From: a virus
Lineage: Duplodnaviria; Caudoviricetes
DNA length: 53,090 bases
IMG/VR virus record: IMGVR_UViG_3300050121_000130
Span: 1 to 53,090 of that record
Direction: 5' to 3' (one strand)
Part shown: positions 1 to 7,852 of the stretch, one piece after another
Layout: every line of letters begins with the position of its first letter
Position numbering within the stretch: position 1 is the stretch's first letter
The notes under the pieces: model-generated
Databases searched by the model: none
Told to the model about the DNA's origin: nothing
What the model saw: the letters and a program-made list of their open reading frames with translations, nothing else
Made by a program: the position numbers and the translations under genes

Positions 1-126
1 GAAGTGCTTTATGTCAGGAAAAATGAAAAGCCCAGTAATGAGATAGCGCGTCTCGCCGGTGCCAGGTTCGTACTCGCCAGCGAAGGCGAAAAAGGCAAGA
101 GATTAGACGAACCACTTGTAAAAAAG
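1..126. repeat. Terminal direct repeat (circular overlap), left copy
   Basis: 1-126 identical to 52938-53063; implies a circular unit of 52,937 bp. Confidence 0.97.
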
Positions 127-720
127 CTAACAGGTCAAGATTTATTAAGTGCGAGATTTTTATATAAAGAATCATTTGAATTTATGCCGAACTTTAAGAT
201 CGCTATGATGGTCAACGATAAGCCAGTTGCTTCTCAGGAAGACGTTGCATTATGGGCAAGGATTCAATTAGTGCCATTTAATAAAAAGTTTGAAGGAGCA
301 AATCAAGACAAAAATTTAGCTCAAAACTTGCGTAAAGAATCGGAAATAAACGGTATTTTGCAATGGTTAATTGAGGGATGCTTGGAATGGCAACGAATCG
401 GATTAAATCCTCCTGATGAAGTATTGCAAGCAACAAACGAATATCGATCAGAAAACGATAGATTGAAAGATTGGGAAGATGAAAATTGTGTAGTTGATTC
501 GAAGCTAAGTTGCAGATTAAAGGATTTATACAGAAATTATCAAGCTTGGTGCCTTGAAGCAGGAGAAAGATATATTATAAAGCAAAAAGAATTTTCGGCA
601 AATTTAATTCAAAAAGGCTTTATAAAATATGAGCCTGCTGGAATTGTAAAATTTAAGGGGATCGGCATAAGAACTAGATATTCTGATGAAATTATTAGAG
701 AAAATCAAAACAATTGGTAA
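1..720 (+). CDS. P4/D5-family primase-helicase, C-terminal part (continues from 51219 across the circular junction)
   Basis: SF3/D5 motifs ARLAGARFVLASE, KKLTGQD, ARFLYKE and C-terminal winged helix (LYRNYQAWC...FKGIGI); in frame with the ORF starting at 51219. Confidence 0.93.
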   Translation, partial: EVLYVRKNEKPSNEIARLAGARFVLASEGEKGKRLDEPLVKKLTGQDLLSARFLYKESFEFMPNFKIAMMVNDKPVASQEDVALWARIQLVPFNKKFEGANQDKNLAQNLRKESEINGILQWLIEGCLEWQRIGLNPPDEVLQATNEYRSENDRLKDWEDENCVVDSKLSCRLKDLYRNYQAWCLEAGERYIIKQKEFSANLIQKGFIKYEPAGIVKFKGIGIRTRYSDEIIRENQNNW

Positions 721-721
721 A

Positions 722-831
722 ATTGTTGGATTGTTGGATATTTAAGGTCTTTTTTGTAACTTAGCCTCGTGTAAATATATATATATTATATAGTTTCAAA
801 AATAGACCTCATATTCCAACAAACCAACATT
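722..831. other. Putative replication origin
   Basis: About 33-bp imperfect inverted repeat with paired TGTTGG/CCAACA units flanking an AT-rich (TA)n core, directly downstream of the primase-helicase. Confidence 0.6.
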
Positions 832-969
832 TAAAAAATTGAAGGAGTGTTTTTAAAAAATGAACAATGACAAAATTATTCAAAATATTCCGGCCCCGAG
901 TAATTTATATTGCGTTTATAATGGTGTTGATAACAAAAAGGAAATTGAATCAAAAGTTGTTTGTTTAGG

Positions 970-1302
970 ATGACGGAACAATTTGCTCCAATTTTAAAGA
1001 AATTAGATATCATGGATGATCCGTTAATCTTAGGATCACAATTATCAAATTTACTTGGCGGCACCGACTCCGAAATGTGGATTAAGTTATTTATAGCTGC
1101 CGATAAAATAAATCCTGATTTTGCCGCGAGATTAATGTACATGAGGAATAGTGGGTGCAGATTGCAGCCACACACGGATTTTAAATATAAAATAATGCCG
1201 ATCAAAGCGCTTTGGGAGTCAGAGGATTTTTATAATCAAGAAAAACAGTGTTTAATGGATTTCAGGGATGAGTTAACGGAGTTATTGGGAGGGTTGAAAT
1301 GA
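970..1302 (+). CDS. Hypothetical phage protein
   Basis: ORF overlapping the next start (ATGA coupling). Confidence 0.75.
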   Translation: MTEQFAPILKKLDIMDDPLILGSQLSNLLGGTDSEMWIKLFIAADKINPDFAARLMYMRNSGCRLQPHTDFKYKIMPIKALWESEDFYNQEKQCLMDFRDELTELLGGLK

Positions 1303-2036
1303 ACGAATTACCGAAAGTATTTAATTATCAAAACACAGAAGTTAGAACGGTTATTAAAAATAATGAACCTTGGTTTGTGGCAAAAGACATTTGTGATGTT
1401 TTAGAATTAGAAAATAGTAGACAAGCATTAAGCAGGATATCCGACAAACATAAGGGTGTATCTATTAATGACACCCTTGGTGGAAATCAGGAACTTGCAA
1501 TAATTGATGAACCGGGTTTATATAAACTGATTTTTACCAGCCGTAAAAAAGAAGCCGAACAATTCCAAGATTGGGTTTACGAAGAAGTCCTTCCATCGAT
1601 TCGAAAAACAGGTCAATATGGTACTCCTGAGTTTTTAGGTAAAATGCACGATTCAATGAATAAAATTCGTAATTTAAGTTGGCATGAAACAAAAAGCATA
1701 AAAAAGCAGCATATATCCGAAAACTTAGCCAAACTTAAAAAATATTATTTTTCATTAATTGATTCTGACGCTGAAAACGAACCCAATCCATTTGAAACTT
1801 TTGTAAAAGATCGTTGTACGTTCGACGAAAACTCAACAATCGACAGACGGCAATTATACGATGGGTATATTCGGTGGTGCTGCGACAATAATGTTTATCC
1901 AAAATCAAAAATTAAGCTTACTGATTATTTAAATCAAATAGACGGGGTTGCTTATTTTGGGGCTGATTCAAAGCATCTGTTGCATCAAAGATTTACTGGG
2001 ATTAAATTAAATCAAAAAGGATTGGGGCTGAGTTAA
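1299..2036 (+). CDS. BRO-N domain protein (antirepressor-like) with C-terminal D5/primase-type winged helix
   Basis: FNYQNTEVRTV...PWFVAKDICDVL...IDEPGLYKLIFTSRK...FQDWV..EVLPSIRKTG is BRO-N; C-terminus FVKDRC..LYDGYIRWC..FTGIKL. Confidence 0.88.
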   Translation: MNELPKVFNYQNTEVRTVIKNNEPWFVAKDICDVLELENSRQALSRISDKHKGVSINDTLGGNQELAIIDEPGLYKLIFTSRKKEAEQFQDWVYEEVLPSIRKTGQYGTPEFLGKMHDSMNKIRNLSWHETKSIKKQHISENLAKLKKYYFSLIDSDAENEPNPFETFVKDRCTFDENSTIDRRQLYDGYIRWCCDNNVYPKSKIKLTDYLNQIDGVAYFGADSKHLLHQRFTGIKLNQKGLGLS

Positions 2037-2363
2037 TTGCCAGTAAAACGCATTTCGATATTTTGTCAAATGTGTCACGTAATGATGGAGTATAAAAAAC
2101 CGCCTGATGATTTTTATAAATGCCCAATATGCGGATTTGAAGGTTGGCCGGGCGATACAATAACGCCAACTGATGATGAAGTATCAAAACTAATGCGAGA
2201 AATGGCACCGACACATAAACCCAAAGAGTGTTTACCGGCTGGAGGTCCAATATTAAAAGGCGGAAGTAAATCAAAGGTTGGCAAGAACGAGAAAATGAGC
2301 AAGAAAACATTAAGCCAAATAAACCAAGGATTAAACGGTAAATGCAGTAGTTTTGACAACTAA
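2037..2363 (+). CDS. Zinc-ribbon protein
   Basis: CQMC...CPIC; last gene before the late promoter. Confidence 0.7.
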   Translation: MPVKRISIFCQMCHVMMEYKKPPDDFYKCPICGFEGWPGDTITPTDDEVSKLMREMAPTHKPKECLPAGGPILKGGSKSKVGKNEKMSKKTLSQINQGLNGKCSSFDN

Positions 2364-2367
2364 ACGA

Positions 2368-2396
2368 TTGCATTAATTTGACAGATACCTTATAAT
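2368..2396 (+). promoter_or_regulatory. Sigma-A type promoter (putative late promoter)
   Basis: TTGCAT-17 bp-TATAAT. Confidence 0.7.
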
Positions 2397-2439
2397 ATAG
2401 TTAATTGGTCTGCAAGTTAGAAACAATGTTATGTAAACA

Positions 2440-2471
2440 AAGCCCGTCCTAAATTGGATGGGCTTATTTTT
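2440..2471 (+). terminator. Intrinsic terminator
   Basis: AAGCCCGTCC/GGATGGGCTT stem plus ATTTTT. Confidence 0.75.
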
Positions 2472-2519
2472 ATATCTAAAATTATACTTGGCAGTGACCT
2501 AATGGCACTGACCATAATT

Positions 2520-2618
2520 ATATTGGCGCGGCGTGGTGGTGCAACCATACTATGGAGTTATCTTGCATAGCCTTAACGGGCGCGGAAGTCAAGCAGGTTC
2601 AAATCCTGTCGCCAATAT
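2520..2618 (+). ncRNA. tRNA-like RNA or degenerate tRNA
   Basis: Acceptor-like helix ATATTGGCG/CGCCAATAT and canonical T-arm GCAGG-TTCAAAT-CCTGT; D and anticodon arms non-canonical; no CCA. Confidence 0.55.
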
Positions 2619-2630
2619 TATAATCATTAC

Positions 2631-2658
2631 AGCCGTCTATTTCAGATGGCTTATTTTT
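2631..2658 (+). terminator. Intrinsic terminator
   Basis: AGCCGTCT/AGATGGCT stem plus TATTTTT. Confidence 0.7.
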
Positions 2659-2672
2659 ATATCTAATCGGAG

Positions 2673-2891
2673 GTGCCCATCATGATATCTCATTGCGCTG
2701 ATACTGAATGTGAATTTTATAATCCTGATGGTTGTACGGCCAGCGAGATACATCACACCTCTGATAGATTCTGTACTGCTGGGAGACGAAAGCCACGCGA
2801 TTTCACCAAGGAGCTGATGGACCATTTTAATTCAGGCTGCCATCGTGGTGGGGGTAAACATAAATCGAACAAAATTAAATTGAGGAAATAA
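2673..2891 (+). CDS. Small Cys-rich protein
   Basis: C-x4-C-x7-C...C pattern; GGAGGTG RBS suggests the true start is the downstream ATG. Confidence 0.65.
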   Translation: MPIMISHCADTECEFYNPDGCTASEIHHTSDRFCTAGRRKPRDFTKELMDHFNSGCHRGGGKHKSNKIKLRK

Positions 2892-3009
2892 GCAATAAGG
2901 TTTAGACAATAGGCTGCTGAAGTGATTACAAAATTTTCAGCGTGAAACTCGTTGAACTGTGGGTCTCTGATCGGCTACACCACGAGATATAACTCCTCTG
3001 AATTCTGAC

Positions 3010-3055
3010 GGGTCCTTCCTGAGGGGGCGGGGCGCACACAGGTCGCACACCCCTC
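3010..3055 (+). other. Putative cos (packaging) site
   Basis: GGGTCCT (same as lambda cosQ) followed by a GC-rich segment bounded by GAGGGG/CCCCTC, just upstream of a Nu1-like small terminase and gpA-like large terminase. Confidence 0.6.
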
Positions 3056-3114
3056 GATTATTTCCTCTGAAAAATTATAAAATTTTGCCTTACATTACGA
3101 CAACAGGTGATGAT

Positions 3115-3645
3115 ATGGAAAATTCAAATTTAGATAAAGAAGAAAAAAACGCTTCAAATAATGATTTCATTTTTGGCACAACTCAGACTTGTGATTTTTT
3201 TAGTGTTTCCCGTGACACTTTGTCAGTTTGGGCAAAACAAGGATGTCCGAAAATTGACCGCGGTAAGTGGAATATAAAAGAAGTGATGAACTGGCGCGGT
3301 CGAACTGCGCTTGCCGGAAAAGTGGTAGAAGTAAGTAATGAGTTTAGAAAGTTAAAGGCTGATGCTGATATTAAAGAATTAAAAGCCGAAAAAGAAGAAA
3401 TAACGCTGGCTGTGTTGCGGGGTGAATTCATAAACAAAGAGGAGGTGGACAGGCAATGGTCAGTAATTGGAAATCAGTTGAAAAACAATTTGTTGTTATG
3501 GTCCAGAACACTGGCTTCAGAACTTGCCCACTTAGATATGCGGTCGGTAGAGAAAGTGTTGACTGATGCTACCTATGACCTCCTTGAACAGCTCTCCAGC
3601 ACAAGCCATTATAAGAAAAGCAAGAAGAAAAAGAATCTTAATTGA
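3115..3645 (+). CDS. terS: Terminase small subunit (lambda Nu1-like)
   Basis: N-terminal wHTH (FSVSRDTLSVWAKQGCP..W), coiled coil, LRGEFI motif; precedes terL. Confidence 0.85.
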   Translation: MENSNLDKEEKNASNNDFIFGTTQTCDFFSVSRDTLSVWAKQGCPKIDRGKWNIKEVMNWRGRTALAGKVVEVSNEFRKLKADADIKELKAEKEEITLAVLRGEFINKEEVDRQWSVIGNQLKNNLLLWSRTLASELAHLDMRSVEKVLTDATYDLLEQLSSTSHYKKSKKKKNLN

Positions 3646-5404
3646 ATTACCTTTAGCATTAAGATTAGCGCTCAAGCCGCCGGAAAGATTAACCGTTAGT
3701 CAATGGGCTGATAAAAATAGAGTGCTTGATAATATATCATCCAAGCCAGGTCCGTGGAAAACAAGTTTTGTGCCTTATACAAAAGAACCGATGGATGCGT
3801 TTACTAATAAAGAAATTGAACAAATTATTTTAGTTTGGGGAACCCAATCCGCAAAAACAGAATGTATAAACAACATGATTGGTTATGCGGTTGATCAAGA
3901 TCCTGGACCGGCCATGGTTGTATATCCTGAAGAAAAAACAGCAGAGTTTGCTAGTAATAAGCGGATTCAAACCATGGTTTTATCTACTGAATCGATTGCA
4001 CGAAAATTTAATACAAGAAGCAAGGTACTTGAACTCGATTTTATAGATATGTTTATTGCTTTAGTTAGTGCAAATTCTCCTTCACAATTGGCATCACGTC
4101 CTATAAGATATTTGTTTCGTGATGAAATTGACAAATATAATACCTGGTCTGGTGATGAGGCGAGTCCTTTAAAACTAACAAAGGAAAGAACAAAAGCATT
4201 TTCTTATAATCGAAAAATAGTAGATGCTTCAACACCTGTTACAAAAAACAAAAATATATGGCCAATGTATTTGTCTGCTGATGCCCGATATAAATATCAA
4301 ATTCCTTGTCCTCATTGTAAAACGATGCAGCCACTTGTTTTTAAACAGATAAAATGGCCAAAAGAAATTAACGACAGTTCGAAACTTGTTGAAGATGCTG
4401 CGTGGTATGAATGTTGCCATTGCAAAGAAAAAATTCACGATGGTCACAAACAAGCCATGCTTAGACTCGGAGAGTGGAAAGTAGAAAATAAAACAGTCGG
4501 CAGAATAAGATCTGTTGCCTATCATCTCAATTCTATTTATAGCCCGTTCGTTACTTTCGGGCAAGTTGCCAAAGAATTTTTAGAATCAAAAGATGAACCA
4601 AAAGATTTAATGAATTTTGTAAATTCGTGGCTTGCCGAACCGTGGGAAGCAAAAGGCAAACGTTATAAATCAGATACAATTTTAGAACATAAATCGTCAT
4701 ACAATCGCGGTAAAGTTCACCAATCATCGCAAATATTAGTCGCTGGTGTCGATGTGCAATTAGATCATTTCTGGTGGGGCGTTCGTGCCTGGGGACCTGA
4801 TATGACGTCGTGGTTAGTTGACTATGGTCGAACAGAAACTTGGACCGATATTGAAAAAATATTAAGACAACCTTATCCGATAAATGAAACAGGAGAAACG
4901 GTATTTATTAATAAGGCCTGTATCGATTCAGGATATAACACAGATGAGGTATATAAATTTTGTGCCTACAATCAGGATATTTGTGTGCCGACTAAAGGTT
5001 CTTCACGGCCACTTCGCTCCCGGTATGTCCAGTCGAAAATTGACAGAGACATTGCATTGGGATTGATTTTATATATTTTTGATCCGAATCAGTTTAAAGA
5101 TTTTATTGCCGGAAGATTAGCCCACGAAGTAAATGCACCAGGAGCGTGGATGTTGCCGGCCGATATTGATAAATTATATGCTGATCAAATTGTTGCCGAA
5201 CAAAAAGTCGAAGGTAAGTGGGAACCAATCAGCAGTCATGCACAGAATCATATGCTTGATGTTGAGGTTAATATTGCACTGGCAGCTGAATTGTGTGGAG
5301 TAAGGTATTTGTTGCCGGTTCCAGAAATGGTGGCACAGAAGCCAGAGGTACAGTCAGAAGCGAAACCATGGGTTGGAAATACGAATAATTGGATGAAGAG
5401 GTGA
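3566..5404 (+). CDS. terL: Terminase large subunit (lambda gpA family)
   Basis: PPERLTVSQWAD, GTQSAKTE Walker A variant, DEID, STP, CPHC, GVDVQ nuclease, IDSG. Confidence 0.96.
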   Translation: MLPMTSLNSSPAQAIIRKARRKRILIELPLALRLALKPPERLTVSQWADKNRVLDNISSKPGPWKTSFVPYTKEPMDAFTNKEIEQIILVWGTQSAKTECINNMIGYAVDQDPGPAMVVYPEEKTAEFASNKRIQTMVLSTESIARKFNTRSKVLELDFIDMFIALVSANSPSQLASRPIRYLFRDEIDKYNTWSGDEASPLKLTKERTKAFSYNRKIVDASTPVTKNKNIWPMYLSADARYKYQIPCPHCKTMQPLVFKQIKWPKEINDSSKLVEDAAWYECCHCKEKIHDGHKQAMLRLGEWKVENKTVGRIRSVAYHLNSIYSPFVTFGQVAKEFLESKDEPKDLMNFVNSWLAEPWEAKGKRYKSDTILEHKSSYNRGKVHQSSQILVAGVDVQLDHFWWGVRAWGPDMTSWLVDYGRTETWTDIEKILRQPYPINETGETVFINKACIDSGYNTDEVYKFCAYNQDICVPTKGSSRPLRSRYVQSKIDRDIALGLILYIFDPNQFKDFIAGRLAHEVNAPGAWMLPADIDKLYADQIVAEQKVEGKWEPISSHAQNHMLDVEVNIALAAELCGVRYLLPVPEMVAQKPEVQSEAKPWVGNTNNWMKR

Positions 5405-5433
5405 AGTGATAAATACCAAATAGATTTCACAAA

Positions 5434-5652
5434 ATGATTTTAATATCAAGAACGGGTATTGGACTTTATTGCGATCAAGCCAGAGAGTTAATGTATTGGG
5501 TTTTTGATGAAAATAATCGGATAAAAAGATATAAATTAATTAAAATTGCTGAAAAAACAGAACGATTATATCGAAAATCTCACAGATGGGATTTGGATAA
5601 CAAACAATGGTTTGAAGATTTACCTAAGCAAATAGACTATTCCAATATTTAG
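5434..5652 (+). CDS. Hypothetical protein inserted after terL
   Basis: ORF followed by a terminator-like hairpin; possible upstream ATA start at 5413. Confidence 0.55.
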   Translation: MILISRTGIGLYCDQARELMYWVFDENNRIKRYKLIKIAEKTERLYRKSHRWDLDNKQWFEDLPKQIDYSNI

Positions 5653-5709
5653 TAATTTCGTCGCCAATAGGCGATTATTTTTATGTTTGAAAGGATGAGA
5701 TAAAATATC

Positions 5710-6075
5710 ATGACAAATAAAACGAAACTAGAAGCACCAATCGAAGTGGAAACACCGGTCGAACACGCTATCGTAATTCTCAACGAAGCCTTTAAGCTCG
5801 ACTCACGTACCATCGATTGGCTAATTAATAATCGCGTGCCATGTCACTCTGAACTATCCAAACACTCTACGATTCAAGTCAGAACAATCCGAAAGAATCA
5901 GCCATTTGGTGGAACTGATCCAGTTAAGTATGAGGTTGGTATGCTGGATATTCTAAACGGTATCTTAGACAGTAACATTGCCGCTGATTACAGCGAAGAT
6001 ACTGGCAAGTTGATCGGCTTCAAGGAGGTGATACCACCATCGGATAAAAGCACGGAAGGAGAAACAAAAACATGA
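5710..6075 (+). CDS. Hypothetical protein
   Basis: RBS AAGGATGA; ATGA-coupled to the next gene. Confidence 0.75.
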   Translation: MTNKTKLEAPIEVETPVEHAIVILNEAFKLDSRTIDWLINNRVPCHSELSKHSTIQVRTIRKNQPFGGTDPVKYEVGMLDILNGILDSNIAADYSEDTGKLIGFKEVIPPSDKSTEGETKT

Positions 6076-6365
6076 ATGAACCATTTCCAGCCGTAGAATC
6101 GCAAAATATTGCTCAACAAATGCTTGCCGCTGTCGAATCTGCAATACTTACACTGATAACAAGCAGCGAAGAAATCATGATTGATGGCCGTAAATACCGT
6201 AGAACTGATTTAAATAAACTAAGGGATATGCGTCAAAAACTTTATGAAGAGGTATTTTATGCTAATTTGTCAGCAGGCGCAACAACTCGCGCTTATGCCG
6301 CATGGCCGCTTCGAAAGGCAGGGATGCCGCCGTGGACTTCAATAGGACCGTGGAGCAACTTGTAA
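6072..6365 (+). CDS. Head completion protein (gpW-like)
   Basis: AVESAILTLI..EEIMIDGRKYRRTDLNKLR; position before portal as in lambda. Confidence 0.75.
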   Translation: MNEPFPAVESQNIAQQMLAAVESAILTLITSSEEIMIDGRKYRRTDLNKLRDMRQKLYEEVFYANLSAGATTRAYAAWPLRKAGMPPWTSIGPWSNL

Positions 6366-7852
6366 GTTATATATCACCCAAAGCTGCTTTCGAACGTCAT
6401 GCCTACCGCAAAGCTCTTGAAATCAAACACGCTCAGGAGGATAAGCAACGCAATTATGATGCCGGAATGATTGACAGGTTTAATAATCGTTGGAACGCAG
6501 CATGGGGCAGTGGCGAGTTGGTTGATAAACCTTATCGGCAGCGGTTACTGTTAATTGCCCGCGATCTCGAACGCAATAATGATTTTGCCAAATCAATTAT
6601 TTCGCCATTTGAACGTAATGTTGTAGGTTTGGGGTTTAATGTTCAAGCGAAAACAGATAGCGATGATCTCAATAATGAAATGGAAAGTATTTGGAACGAA
6701 TGGTGTGAACCTCAAAATTGCGATACAACTGGGCAATTAACATTTACTGAAATGATGCGAATGAAACTTCGAAGAACAATCGTTGATGGCGATATTGCCG
6801 CTATTGAGGTTTATGACTCAAAGTCTAAATTTATTCCTTATCGACTGCAACTTATTGAAGCGGATATGTTCGATGTTACTTTGTTCGAAAACTCCGATAC
6901 CGGAAATCGTATTTATAGCGGGGTGGAAGTGGATGAATATATTAGGCCCGTAGCTTACTGGTTCAGACAGTCAACACTAGATTATTACCTGTATAACGTC
7001 AAATCAGTCAGAATTCCTGCGGACCAGGTTAATCATTTATTTACAAAACAGCGGGTTACGCAGGTTCGCGGCATATCGCTGTTAGCGTCTTCGATGTCAT
7101 CCATACAAGATATTGGCGATTACATGGAAGCCGAACGGGTGAAAGCTCGAATATCCGCTTGTTTTTCCATGGCAGTAACTACGACACCGCAGGGGCTTGT
7201 TGGACGATCAGGGCAACAACCAGAAGATTACAAAAAGCATCGCCGTGATTATATGGAACCTGGCATGATCGAATATTTGTTGCCAGGTGAAGAAATGAAG
7301 ATTGCTTCACCGTCAGGAATAAATACAAACACCAAAGATTTCGTACAGACCAATTACCGTGCACTGTCTGCTGGACAAGGGCTTAGTTATGAATCAACTA
7401 GCCGCGATGTATCTCAGGTAAGTTATTCTTCTGCTCGACACAGTGCTTTAGAAGATCGAAAAACATATCAGCCCATACAACAATGGCTGATCAATCATTT
7501 TTGCCGAAAAGTTTATAAGCAAGTAATTATTTCAGCGGTGATGTCTGGGAGATTAAAAATCCCGGACTTTTTTACGCGCCAAAGTTATTATTTGCAGCAT
7601 AAATGGTTGCCGCCTGGATGGGATTGGGTAGATCCGCTCAAAGATGTGCAGGCCAGTAAAATTGAATACGGCATGGGGCTTACAACTTTAGAACAACTTT
7701 GTGCTGAACAGGGCAAGGATTATAAAGACATCCTCGAACAGCAAAAGAAAGAACGCGCAATGCTTAAAGATACTGGCATTGATATTGATGCCGCGACTGG
7801 CGTTGTGTCGGTAAAGGAGAATCGAGAAGATGAAACAAAAACGGACACTTGA
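6332..7852 (+). CDS. Portal protein, lambda family
   Basis: RNYDAG, ARDLERNN, NVVG.G, QVRGISLL, SYSSAR, GWDWVDPLKD; GTG start chosen by RBS (ORF open from 6302). Confidence 0.95.
   Translation: MDFNRTVEQLVSYISPKAAFERHAYRKALEIKHAQEDKQRNYDAGMIDRFNNRWNAAWGSGELVDKPYRQRLLLIARDLERNNDFAKSIISPFERNVVGLGFNVQAKTDSDDLNNEMESIWNEWCEPQNCDTTGQLTFTEMMRMKLRRTIVDGDIAAIEVYDSKSKFIPYRLQLIEADMFDVTLFENSDTGNRIYSGVEVDEYIRPVAYWFRQSTLDYYLYNVKSVRIPADQVNHLFTKQRVTQVRGISLLASSMSSIQDIGDYMEAERVKARISACFSMAVTTTPQGLVGRSGQQPEDYKKHRRDYMEPGMIEYLLPGEEMKIASPSGINTNTKDFVQTNYRALSAGQGLSYESTSRDVSQVSYSSARHSALEDRKTYQPIQQWLINHFCRKVYKQVIISAVMSGRLKIPDFFTRQSYYLQHKWLPPGWDWVDPLKDVQASKIEYGMGLTTLEQLCAEQGKDYKDILEQQKKERAMLKDTGIDIDAATGVVSVKENREDETKTDT

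Noticed and set aside
2551-2571. UAA suppressor tRNA (TTA in loop) or genetic-code reassignment
   Set aside because: Loop is 11 nt, not 7; genes end normally at TAA/TAG/TGA with no fragmented core genes
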